Shown here one piece after another: positions 39,762 through 51,736 of a stretch of DNA of 64,000 bases. Each line of letters begins with the position of its first letter. The stretch's first letter is position 1. A program made the translations under genes and the position numbers. Below the pieces are notes generated by a model. It had not been told where the DNA came from. It did not search any database and saw nothing but the letters and a program-made list of their open reading frames with translations. The DNA is from Fimbriosthenelais zetlandica (lineage: Eukaryota): NCBI GenBank assembly GCA_977030845.1, contig OZ365114.1, forward strand, positions 15,872,001-15,936,000. Reading direction: 5' to 3'.

Positions 39762-40796
39762 GAAAAATGGCCGTCTATACGTGTGCTTTCTATTCATTTA
39801 CAAAAATATATTTTTAATTTAGTTTTAGAACAGTTGGTTCAGCCTCTTTAGAAGATGGACTGTTGCCTATTATCTCGTGTATTTTCTATAGATAGCCCTA
39901 GTGCAATCGGTTGTTACTTTATAAATAGTAGGCCAGAAAAGGATGTCCGTTGACAGATTAAGATTTAAAATTTTAGAAATTGAGTTTTTACAATATAATT
40001 ATACAAATTTATATTGGTACTTACCACTCTCTTGAACATCCTTCCTTGGCCTATCGTTCGTCTTTTTAAGCGATTTCAGTAAAATTTGATACTTTATATA
40101 TAATTATATATATCGCTCATCTGCTGTTTATGTTACATATTAGTTGAGTTTTATTAGTTCATTTTTCTAACCCTAGCCCCAATTCCAAACACAGCTGACT
40201 AAATGATTTATAATGTTGAATTATTAGTATTTTCATTTCTTTGGTCTGTTAGTCATGTGCCTAGATTGAAAATCATGTTGAAAGTAGAAATTGATTCGCC
40301 AGTTTATTTATATACAAACAAAAGTTGAATTATATTGTCGCCACTACATGTATAACTCAGTGCGATTTCCTATTAAATTTTGGTGTGCAACCGCCGAGAA
40401 TTCTTTATAAATTGTTCAGTTGGAAATGATTTGTGATTATCTGCTTATTTCGTTTAAATATCTCCTACCCTCGCACTGCTAGTGGGCATTGTATGTGTTA
40501 AAACAATCAGTTCATGGAAGTTTATGATGTAACTCTAGATAAGCTGAACCACAATGATACATCCTAAAAGAGTTACGAAGTGAATTACTGCCTTTAAATC
40601 ATGACCATTTGTACATACTTAAGATGATATTTTGTAACTGCTGGGATCTTTAATAGGAATTAATAATTTTTTATCAGAGTGTGAAGAAATTAAAATCATG
40701 TTGATGTCACTCTTGTTCTTTATCATTTCTTATTTTCTCAAAAAGCGTAGTGCATTAAAAATCCCAAACTTGGTTTGAACGATTTTTTGGATTCTG

Positions 40797-41672
40797 TTAT
40801 AATAATCGCTGCCAGATGAAAACCATTACCAAAGGAACCAATGAACATATGAAGGAGGCTTTTGCATTACTGGCCCCCAGCTGAAAGGTGTAGGAAAACA
40901 TTTATAAAATATTGATGAAATGCTTATAGGCACGTCGGTCAAATGTTAAGAGAGTAGGCTACATTTCCGATGCCAAGCTACAAGTACATCTTGTGAATGA
41001 AGATATACTTACAGTGACATAGTAGTTGCAGAGGTCACCACTGCAGCACTCAACACATCTCCAGTCGTCAAACCAATCACGTTTACAATACTTCATAATA
41101 TCATTCTCCTTCTCGTAACATTTGGCCTTGGTGTCACAGTTTTTGGATATGGAATGTTCACGGTCCCCATAAGGCACCCAGTATGGGGGAACTGAAAAAT
41201 GGATTTGGGTTTTAAAAAGATAATTAGAACATTAATGGGACATGCAAGAATTTGGGTTATATTAGCTATAAAAATCGCATTATATTTTTAGTATATGCCA
41301 TAAATTGTTCACTTACGTCCCCATTGGATGTCGGTAATACAGATGTCCTGGTGTTCTTCACACTGTTTGGTTGTCTTTATACATTTGTCGTTGTTCCCTT
41401 TTTGGTGTTCACAGGCATAACATTCTAAACCGGCCACTGAAAAAATAAGCAGAGGTTCAAATTCCCAATGATGCCAATATTTCAATCCTGCCAAGATTAA
41501 ATCTTTAATATCTGGTTCTCTAAGCTTAATAGATAAAAAGCTTTGGCTAGAACACGAAGAGATGAAGCCTATCCTTCCCATAACTTATAATATTGTCAAT
41601 TATCTCACCTGTTGAGAGAGAAATAATGAAAACTGTGGTAAAAACCAAGACATAAAAGTGTGACTGCTCCAT
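40797..41672 (-). CDS. Ly6/uPAR (three-finger) protein, 148 aa, with signal peptide and GPI-type tail; exons 41672-41609, 41436-41317, 41191-41013, 40880-40797
   Basis: Signal MEQSHFYVLVFTTVFIISLSTVAG, then LECYACEHQKGNNDKC...WGLPPYW...ISKNC...CVECCSGDLCN (LxCYxC start, CCxxDLCN end), then a hydrophobic C-terminus LGASNAKASFICSLVPLVMVFIWQRLL. Junctions are in phase. Confidence 0.87.
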
Positions 41673-42667
41673 GTTTTCCCAGTAGGCCTAATCTTTTGAC
41701 CTAAATTTGATGTATTTAGGTTAGACTTAGTGAGGATCTATACCTGTACGCTCTTATCAATGCGGGGTCATGGGTAGAGATAACAGACTGCAAACCTCTT
41801 ATGAGGTATACATCCACATTTGTGTCATTTAAAAAAAAAATGAAATCATTAATAAGTCCGGTTACTGTGCATATTACAGATAGGTGGTTTATTTGAAAAT
41901 TTTCCCAAAGTATACATGAATTGGAAAAAATGATAATTTTAAAATGAACACCCCCACCCCCTATAAAAACGGGAGGAAAAATGTTAATAAACTGAACGTC
42001 CAATATGACCATGGCCCGTATGTAAGTAATCATTGGGTAGCCCATCACAATGTCATTGATCTTGTCAGAGCATTGCGACCCAGCAAAAATGCGGGGCAAT
42101 TTCTGTACCAATTGGTGAAAGAGACATGGTGACATTTGACCGGGAAATGCATAATGGAACAATTAAAATTCTGACGTATGGCAAATGACTTTTTAACATA
42201 AAACTTCTAAAATCCATTGGGAGAACTTTTAACCCTTTCGCATAATTATTGCATTGTCAAAATAACATCCTGAGTACATGCTATTCTTCCTAAAGAATTT
42301 TCTTTTCACCATAAGGATATGAAGTTTGAGATCCCTTGTACTGCTGTACCCAGGCTCAGCCTTTAATCCCAAATTGCCCCTGGGCAACTTTGAAAGACCA
42401 CATCTTCACTAATTATTGGAGTATCGACAAGATTTTTTTCACTTTTGGAAAGCCCATGTCAACCTAAGAGGGCATATTCTGAGACCCTCACGCCGCGAAA
42501 GGGTTATATGAGGACATATACTTCCAGAATGGTTTTAACTGGCATTTTGACCCATGGAAGTGTGTCATTTTTATTCTTGTTTGATCTATTAGAATGGTGA
42601 GTCTGTGATATAGGGTTCTACATGTATAATCCATACAGGGAGTCATTAGGCGGGGGTCTATCTTGCC

Positions 42668-42747
42668 TATATAATTGACAGCTGCACATAGCATGCTGGA
42701 TCCCATGCCCGACACTGCTGGCAGTCTGGAAAGAGCGTCCAAGCAAG
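42668..42747 (+). promoter_or_regulatory. TATA box and short non-coding first exon of the CAP-ShKT gene
   Basis: TATATAA at 42668-42674, donor AAG|GTGAGA at 42748, and an acceptor ending at 42870 directly before the ATG. Confidence 0.55.
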
Positions 42748-42870
42748 GTGAGATCATTTTGAAATTCACTCTATATATTTTTTCAGTTAATCAGTGCTAT
42801 AACCTGATTTTACTTGTGCTTTCTCCCTATTCAAATATCTGAACTTTTCCCATTAACTCCAATGTTACAG

Positions 42871-45800
42871 ATGAAGATCCTTATAATCTGTGTTTGGTCT
42901 ATGGCTTTATTTGGCCTGGCGTTAGGGGAATCTATTGCAGGTACGAACATTTGAGAAATTATTAACTTTAATGTACACTTTCGATTTCCTAAGCAATAAC
43001 GAAAAGACAGTGGACATGATTGTATCTATTTAGAAAGGCGTTATGATACAAAGAACTATTTTAAGCCTACTTCCATTGCCATTCTGGAAAGTTGTCCTAC
43101 ATTGTCATGTAAATTTCTATGTTCAGATTTGTTGAAAGCTTATGCAAGGGAAGGAAGGGATAACATCTTTAAACGGACGGTACGTTGCCAAATTTAACCA
43201 TGGTCACAATAATTGATGCAATTTCAAGCTATAATCAACTTGACGGAAACCACCAAATCAGTGTACTAAAATCATAATTAAGTGTATGAATTAGTGTATA
43301 AATGCTACTTAAACTGTTTAAACTGCAGCCATCCAGTTGTAGTGGGAAATGGGAGGAACTGAAGGATACCAGCACTATGTGTCTTTTTGAGGATGATCCT
43401 AGTGCCAAGGATTGTGGTATGACGGAAGCCGACAAAAAAGAGATCCTTGACACTCACAACAGACTCCGAGCTAATGTCTCACCTAGCCAGAGAAACATGA
43501 TGAAAATTGTCAGTTATATTTCAAATTTAATGGATTTTCTTTTTGTGTAAATGGTGCATACACTTTTACCGGGGGACTAATATCATTATGATGGTGAACT
43601 TATAGCATCATGATGGTTTATATTCTACCTATACCTTTCAGTATTGGAATGAGGACCTGGCAGTGGTGGCTCAGAAATGGGCTAAACAGTGCAAATCAGC
43701 TCATGATACAAATGACAACAGGCAGATTCCAGGTGAGAGATCCCCTTTAAAAATGCATTCATTAAAAAAAGCAATACTGTAATGAAAACAATCTATTTAA
43801 TATGATGAAAATGTTCATAAGTATTATCAAATAGCCCGTCTATATATTAACAAATGTTCTTCTCTAGACTGGGGACAGGAGATCTTTGTGGGTCAGAGTT
43901 GGGCTTCAGGAGGGATCTTCAAGACTTGGCGTGCGGCTGTAGAGGATGGATGGTATAGCGAAGTGAAAGACTTCAACTATGGCAGTGACTTCCACAATGG
44001 GGTGGTGGGTCACTATACCCAGGTTAGACTCTGGTAGCCTATTAACCTTGAAATTATTTAACCATGAACTTAATAATAAATGGCATGATTTTGGCTACTT
44101 TTACTCGACAATATTTGTCATCCGCTTGTAATAACTTGAAGTTCAAGAAGAAACTTTTCAGGATCCCCAAGGAAAAGTTTCAGTCATTGTGAAATGTTTG
44201 AGGATAATGGATGAAGATGAAGTTGTTGGTATGTTTTAAGGTGGTGCGTGACCAGGCTAATCTTGTAGGGTGTGGTAAATGTAAGTGCTCTCAAGGACCT
44301 GTGTACATATGCAACTATTACCGAGGGTGAGTAACCAGAACACATGAGATTTATTGACCAATTTATTCCTAATCTGGGGTATGTTTCACAGAAGAAAATT
44401 CCAATATGATTTTTTTTAATCTAGATTCATATTTTGTCGTTATGTAGGCCTATTTACAATAGTTTTAAAATCCCACTAAAACAGAAATGCAGCAGATAAA
44501 GGACGCCCTTACTTTGATGGGACTCCTTGCAGTGACTGCAAAACATGCGTTGACAAGCTTTGCGGTAGGAATGCTTTAATTAATATCAATATAAGATTGT
44601 ATCTAGCCAAACTTCATATGCCCAATTCAAAGTACATTGGTCATTTTGAGTCATAATAATAAGGCTTTTGTTGAGGCAATGGTAACTGAGGTAAAGGAGT
44701 ATGCTTTCAGATTGTGGAAATAAATTTTGTAAGAACAATGGAACCTTGAACAGCAAGACCTGTGACTGTGAATGTACGGGGAAGTGGAAGGGAGATAACT
44801 GTGGTAAGTAATATATATCAAGTTACACATTGTTCTGCATCATTTTGCGTCATCTTTGAATTTCGACGTTCTTGAATAATAGCTAGGCTATTTTCAAGTT
44901 ATAGTTCGTAAGACGAACGACATGTCTCTCTAGAGGACAGAATGAGAATCATATTGAACTTGTACTTGTGGCCTCATATGTATACATATATCTTTCAATA
45001 CTTATTTAAACATTAATATCTATTGTTTCAGAGTCTTATGACTGTCCAGATTATGACGAGGACTACTGTGGTGAAGGAAAACACTTTGATCCACCAAAAT
45101 GTAAAGAATATTACAGTGTACCCAAGAAATGCCCATACATGTGTGGTCTCTGCAAGGGTGGTAAACCTAAAGCAAAGAGTAAGTTTACATCCACATATTT
45201 CAATCTTCTATGCCTCTATTCCTGAGGAAATCTTCCACAGAGGAAACCAATACGACTTCATTGTCACACATCTCAAGACCCTATATATAAATACTGTTGC
45301 CATTTAAACATTATTATTCCAAACTCGAATTATGCAATTCACACAATAACATACATTTCCGCTGCTTTGTTCAGTCCATAAACTTCATAATATGTATAGC
45401 ACATAACATGAAATGTAACACAAAATAATCACATGTCACATGCTCAATACCTTTTGATGAACAATAACAGACTGCAAAGATATGGATGACAAATGCCCCA
45501 TGTGGGCATCATGGGGACACTGTGATAAAGAGGGAGGATACGTGCAATTAAAGTGTAAAAAATCCTGCAAATTATGCGAAGGCGGATCAAATGGTATGCA
45601 ACACGTACATGTCCTCTCATAAACAGTAACATCACTAACATTAAACACAACAAATGTCCACAGTCAAAAGTAACACGGAAAATATTATATGCAATAGCAC
45701 AATATATAATTTTGCAATTGTAAGACCTGCATGGATGTATGATTTAACAAGTAATTGATAGAAACATTGTAAGAAGTTTAGAATTATCCATACTGTCATT

Positions 45801-45951
45801 TGCGTCAATGAGAATTCTGTACTATTAAATAGAACCTAAACCTTGCGAGGACAGCAACGGAGGATGTGCGGACTGGGCCGCTAATGGACAATGTGAGATC
45901 AATCCAGGCTACATGAAAAACAGCTGCAGGAAGTCATGTAAAGAGTGCTGA
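42871..45951 (+). CDS. Secreted CAP/SCP-domain protein with an EGF-like module and three ShKT domains (cysteine-rich venom protein/CRISP-like), 398 aa; exons 42871-42940, 43127-43179, 43329-43508, 43642-43732, 43868-44022, 44241-44326, 44485-44564, 44711-44803, 45032-45178, 45471-45593, 45833-45951
   Basis: Eleven in-phase exons: signal peptide, a KR site, CAP motifs (HNRLR, YWNEDLAVVAQKWA, WYSEVKDF, VGHYTQVV, VGCG, YICNY), an EGF-like CKNNGTLNSKTCDCECTGKWKGDNC, and ShKT units ending CPYMCGLC, CKKSCKLC and CRKSCKEC. Confidence 0.92.
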
Positions 45952-46528
45952 GTGCACTCTCACCAATACTAGGTAGGAAAATGCTAATACCAGGTCGTAA
46001 ATACCAACTGTTTCCCTCCTCTTTATCCTATCTCTCTCCACTTCTCTCTTTTTTCCTCCCTCTCTCTTTCACAAATTCAAAGTTCCAATTTAACTAACCT
46101 CCCATCCAGCAGATTTCGTTGCTAATAAAAAAAAAAGTGCTAAATAAAGAGTGCAAGCTGAGCAGTGTTGCTTGAAGCACATGTTATGTAACAACAGATT
46201 GCGAAATGAAATGAATTCCACATTTTTATTTACAGACTTGAAGAAAACATCGAACAACAATGGCCACTATTCTGACCAAGATAACAAATAACGTATTATG
46301 ATATAATATATGTGCTGAGGTGCTAATTCTGTAATAAATATTATTATGCATATGAAATAACAAGGATCAGTCATTTATCATTACTTAAATTAATAGCGCT
46401 CGATTTCTGCCAAATGGAGAATCAATCAGAAACCGGTGTTTTTAAGTAACTTTCATATACATTTATATGTACCGATTTCTTGAACAAAACTAACAGTAAT
46501 TTACAGTATATTACATGACATTGTAATA

Positions 46529-46846
46529 CTATGTCGGTTGACATCCGACTTCGTCACTTCCATCTCTGCAGTCTTTGTCACCATCACATCTATATCCAAT
46601 TGGTATACAGTCACATGACGCACATTGAAAGGTTTCTTCGATTCCCTTTCCACAAGCTGAAAAAAGTGAATATAAAATGTACATAAATACAAGTTTGGGC
46701 ATAATCGAATGAGAGAGTATACCAAAAGGGAAGATTTGGATGCTATACTTACGAGTACACTTCCCTGGGAGTGCATCACTCTTCGCAAATAAAGCTGCAA
46801 GGCTTATCAGGACGATAGTATACACTAAGATCTTTGAAGACCCCAT
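46529..46846 (-). CDS. Secreted single LDL-receptor class A (LDLa) microprotein, 73 aa; coding exons 46846-46753 and 46656-46529; non-coding exon upstream with donor at 47363
   Basis: [31 protein letters not shown]|[42 protein letters not shown]. Signal peptide plus canonical F-x-C...CI...CDGxxDCxDGSDExxC. The phase-1 intron is GT-AG. Confidence 0.87.
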   Translation of the reverse strand: MGSSKILVYTIVLISLAALFAKSDALPGKCTRKYSIQIFPFGILSHSIMPKLVFMYILYSLFSACGKGIEETFQCASCDCIPIGYRCDGDKDCRDGSDEVGCQPT

Positions 46847-48103
46847 TTCTTTTTTCGTCTTGAACCTGCAAAACGTTATGTCAATATATCAGGAAAAAGC
46901 ATTCCCCTCGTTGCAATATGGCACTCGTATGCCAAGAACTAACCGATTGATTGGGTCTGTTAGAAGTCCCAGTAAGAGTATTATTTATTATAACGATTAA
47001 TACATGTTCTTAAGTCGACCACAGTTACTCTCATGGTCAGTTACATAAGCTCACTAAAGCTGATAAATCTTATGGTCGATTCTAACAATTTGGTCTGAAA
47101 CAGATTTTAAAAAATTCAAATAAGAAAGGACTACTATGTGAACATTCATAATATCATTTCCATTCGATGCAACTGAAGACATTAATCTTGTGGACTATAA
47201 TAGGCCTATATACTCTTGCCCACGTAAATTAATTTTCGGTAACGAAGCAGCCATAATGGTAAGCATATCCTGTGTAGATATATACACATACGTACCAGAA
47301 CAATAATAGAGTGTCTTTTGTTTAGAATAATGAATAGATATAGTGCGTAGACATAATACTCACGCTTAACTGTTGTGTCAGAGTCCTCTATATTCCAGTG
47401 AGAGTTCTTGCTCTTCCAATGTTCTAAGGAGCCAGTCTGAAGCTCAGAGTGCGGTTCCTGACTTTATTCCCTGACCAAATGATTAAAGCCAGCTTTCTCA
47501 ATTGGACAGATTACTTAACCTGCTTGGAATAGTTTTTCGCTCCCCTAAATACTTGTGGTACACTAACGCGATTCTTTCATCGGTTAACAATAAGCTATTA
47601 CCCTACAATAATCTTAAATTAAAATGTTTATTACTGTCAAAAGAAACAAAGGCACCTATTTATTTAGCTATAATTTTTATCCGATTTGGGAAACGCTTAG
47701 TATAAGCTGGACAAATATGACTGACTAGCCGATTCATAATCGCAGTAGTGTAGCTCGGCCAATAGCTCAAATTATTAAGCCTATTTGATCGTTGTAGCTT
47801 TACGAGGGTTATATTATATTAAAGCATGATGAATGCGAAAGCATCAAGCCAGAAATGTGTAATTAGCGAAGACCATTACTATACTAACTATACTCAACTA
47901 GAGAATGCATGTCTAATCCTCTTAATCATTATAACCTTTAATGTTCATTTGATCGCTTGAAACGGCCGCGTTCATGTTGCCAAATGACAAAACACATAAT
48001 TTAAGTTAGTCAGTTCGCTTGTAATTTCCTCCTTCAAACATTTCGAATGACATTCATTTTCCTTCCAGTATGGCTCTATTGTTATGCTGTTCATTGACAT
48101 GTG

Positions 48104-49486
48104 TCCATGTCGCGTGTCAGTTTTTAAAATGAAATAATCGTGTCCCATATCGATTTTTACCAGACATTTTGCAGCTGTGTCCGGGATTTGAACTCGGGAC
48201 CCTCGTATTGGGAAGCCTACGCCTTAATCACTGACCTATGAAGGCTGACACAACCCTAGCAAGCACCCCACCTCTCATAAACTAGTTATGTAATCTCAGG
48301 TAAGCACAGCCTTTGGGCACCGGTGCAGACTCCAACTTCCAAGCACCGGGGACCTTCTCTGGTCAGTAGTGTGTGGCGCCTGAACGGCAGTGCAGTCGTC
48401 CCTTTGGCAACCCACCTGGGAGTTGAGAAAAAAGAATCGAGGTACGATCAGGAGGCGAACTCGCGACCTTCAGATTGGGAAGCCAACATCCAACCCACTC
48501 AGCCATCAAGGAAGACATACACAAGCTTGCACCCCACCATCAGTCTATGTCCCATTTGGCAACCAACTTGGCAGGGGAGAAAAAACGGAGCCGCGTCCAG
48601 TTTCCGAACTGGGGTCCTCCCTGTTGGAAAGCCGATGGCTTACCCACTAGGCTATGAAGGCTGACACAACCCTAGTTTGCACCCCACCTTTCATAAGCTT
48701 GTTACCTTAGGTAACCTTGGGTGTGTGGAGCAGGAAAGGCAGTGCAGTCGTCTATGTCCCTTTGGCAACCCACCTGGAAGTTAAGATAAAAGAAACGAGG
48801 TACGACCAGGAGGCGAACTCGCGACCTTCAGATTGGGAAGCCAACATCCAATCCACTCAGCCATCAAGGATCAAATACACCAAGTTTGCACCCCACCATC
48901 AGTCTATGTCCCCTTTGGCAACCAACCTGGCAGGGAAGAAAAAGCAGAGGCGCGTCCAGTTTCCGAACTGGGGTCCTTCCTATTGGGAAGCCGATGGCCT
49001 AGCCACTAGGCTATGAAGGCTGACACAACCCTAGCTTGCACCCCACCTCTCATAAGCTTGTTATGTAATCCCAGGTAAGCATAGCCTTTGGGCACACCTG
49101 GAGACTCCAAGCACAGGGGGATCTTCTCTGGCCACTAGTGTGTCGCGCCATATGGCGGGAAACTACCAGAACTAGGCAAAACACCAGGTGGCAGTGCAGT
49201 ATGTCTCTTTGGCAACCCACCTGGTACCTTCAGATTGGGAATTAAGGGACCGGGATTCGAACTCAAGAACTTTGGATTTGGAATCTAACGCCCACCGTGC
49301 TATCAAGGCTTGCCTATCGTCAGCATGCATTGCATCTCTGATAAAGGAGTATATACATGTATGTAGCTTACATGGATCCCCTTTTTTATGCCTGTGTCAG
49401 AATATCACATGATAAGAAATGACTCCATGTCGCGTCTCAGTTTTTAAAAATGAAGTAATTGTGTCCCGTGTCGATTTTTATCAGAA
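48104..49486 (+). repeat. About 62-bp imperfect direct repeats flanking the tRNA-like array (48104-48165 and 49424-49486)
   Basis: TCCATGTCGCGT(G/C)TCAGTTTTTAAAA(A)TGAA(A/G)TAAT(C/T)GTGTCCC(A/G)T(A/G)TCGATTTTTA(C/T)CAGA occurs at both sites. Confidence 0.85.
48181..49304 (-). mobile_element. Tandem array (about 360 bp period) of tRNA-derived, SINE-like Pol III modules
   Basis: Six tRNA-like modules on the minus strand (48181-48240, 48439-48507, 48587-48655, 48797-48865, 48948-49014, 49246-49304). They carry A-box-like TGGCTGAGTGG/TAGCCTAGTGG, a GGCTTCCCAAT-type loop (GATTCCAAAT in the last module) and B-box-like GAGTTCG/GAGTTCAAATCC. Most are followed by T-runs. Acceptor stems do not pair. 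Confidence 0.8.
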
Positions 49487-51736
49487 TATCGCACTCGATT
49501 TTAGGGCTGTATGCGCATTTCGATTTTTACCCATGGACACCCGGTATATTAGCATCAATTCAGATGATATATATACAGGAAATGACTGATGTTCACATTG
49601 CCTTTCCATACATACGTACAAGTTAGTATAATCTCCATTTCGCGAATTAAGCATCCGAAATCAAGAGGGATAATAAGACGTAACTGATTAATGGCGGGTG
49701 GCAATTAGAGATAATCAATCATTAATTCACCTTTTAGCACTGCTGTTAAACGGCCAGCATCCATTCTGAGTTAAGAGCATGAACAGATGGAAGGGCAGCG
49801 GACCATAAACTAACAGAGTTCATGCTTCAATTGATTCATTTGGGTTCCTAAACATTTAGAAGGATTTCTTTTCAGGGGCATTAGGAAGAGTTGTAGGCTA
49901 TACGCTACGCTGCTCTAGCTCTACATGGGAGAAACATTAAGATAAATTCACGTGTTTCTAGTAACTTTGCTTTCTTCAAATAAACCGAAGAGATCTGAAA
50001 GGAAATAAGGATCCAATCCAATAATCCTGAGCTGATTTATTGCATCTTGCCAAAGCAGTTCTAGGAGCATCAGTATGCACTGGCAGTGATTCAATGCTAC
50101 AAAAACAGTTATGAAAGGGGATGGCCTTTGGACTCATTTCTCTGGTTAAATGATCACAAACATGATGTTATATTTGGCCTTAAGATCTAACAGAGAGAAG
50201 TCACAGGGGCATTAAGCTTGTCCCTTAACTTATAATACATCATTGACATCTAAGAATATAATGATTGGAAGTTGGCACCTACAGTTTATATATGGGGAGA
50301 TGAAAAATGGACGCTGAAACGTCACGTTGAAACGTCACGTTGGGTACAATGACGGAACCGCACACGCCATGGTCTATGTAAAAAACGTTTTTTCACTTTT
50401 TATAAGGAACTCAATGCGTAAATTAAATATATATATTTTTTGTGACAAGGGGACCAAACATTAGTAAACAAATATAATTCCGAAATCAAGACAATTGACA
50501 AATTATTTATGTAACACCCCAAAGGCATAAATCAGATGGAAAGGACATAAGACATATGTCCATGAATCACATGGTAGACGTCTTGTATAGCCATTCAACA
50601 CCATGCTCCAGTTCTGCCTGCATGGGTTGACCAATAATAGGGCCATTTAGAAACCCAAATGTGCCCGAGGAAACACAAGAACCTGAAAACCTACGTTTTA
50701 CACACATATAGACACACATAAGATATATACCTGTAATGTGCATCTTATTTCAAACTGGGTCAGACATGCTAGAAAGAAATTAATCACTCACTGACCCAAA
50801 TCTATTGCTAAAACACCCCGGGCTATCAAATGCGCACGGTATAATCGGGCATGCCTCATTGCAGAGGGCTTTTTTTTGTAGAGTGTCTCGACTACATTCG
50901 AGCTTCCTCATAAACAATGAAACTTTTTTTATTCTCATCAAATAGAGTGTGAGATCAAAAGTATTATAATCTTCAGAACATTTGAGGTGATGAAACTTGA
51001 GAGGGGACACTTGCCTGGGGCAAGGCTTCATATTATATAGGGAATGGCTGCTTCATAACAGAGTCCAGCATTGCAATCTGCTCATATATCGTAAGATGAA
51101 GGAAATGGGTACATAATATATGATTAAACCAGACACTTCAGGTAATTCAAGTTACCTGAAAAGTAATATATATTTTAATCGGATGGACTTCTCTTTACCT
51201 CAGGTAATTGTCCAGAAATTACATTGGGATTAAAACCTGTGAGACAGACATACGAAAAAAATGTCTGGATTCGAGAAAAAATGGCAAGGGGATCATTTTC
51301 TTCAAAACTGTCTGCTTTTTTCGATGCCAGCCAATGAAATAGGAGTAAGTGCCTCAGGGCTTCTGTGGCTTATTAGAAGGCGCCCCACGCGTTGATGACA
51401 TGCTTTGGTGCCTAATATTTGACTAGGTTTAAATCTATAAAAACTATTTAATGAAGAGCAATATTAATGAAGACATTTACATCCTCTCATAGGGCAATTA
51501 TCTCAGGAAGTAGGACCTACTTCCCCCTCCCGTGAAATTAAGACCCCATCATTCACCCAATTTACCGCTATCCATATGCCCTAACTAGTTTTGTAAATGA
51601 TCACACACTTATACTTATCCTAATCACTTTGCCAGTAGTAAATATAGCAGTCGTACTTGTTACCACCCGTGAACGTTGCTGAGATAAGGCCATAATAGGC
51701 CTCGTCTAGTTGAATATTCTATAGAATATAAGAGTG

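Noticed and set aside
47457-47471. 14-nt match (GGGAATAAAGTCAG, minus strand) to the RBBP8 intron repeat unit
   Set aside because: Matches of this length are expected by chance within 64 kb of AT-rich DNA.
48181-49304. Functional tRNA genes; ORFs 48323-49016
   Set aside because: Acceptor and anticodon stems fail to pair in every copy. The ORFs are antisense read-through of the repeat units.
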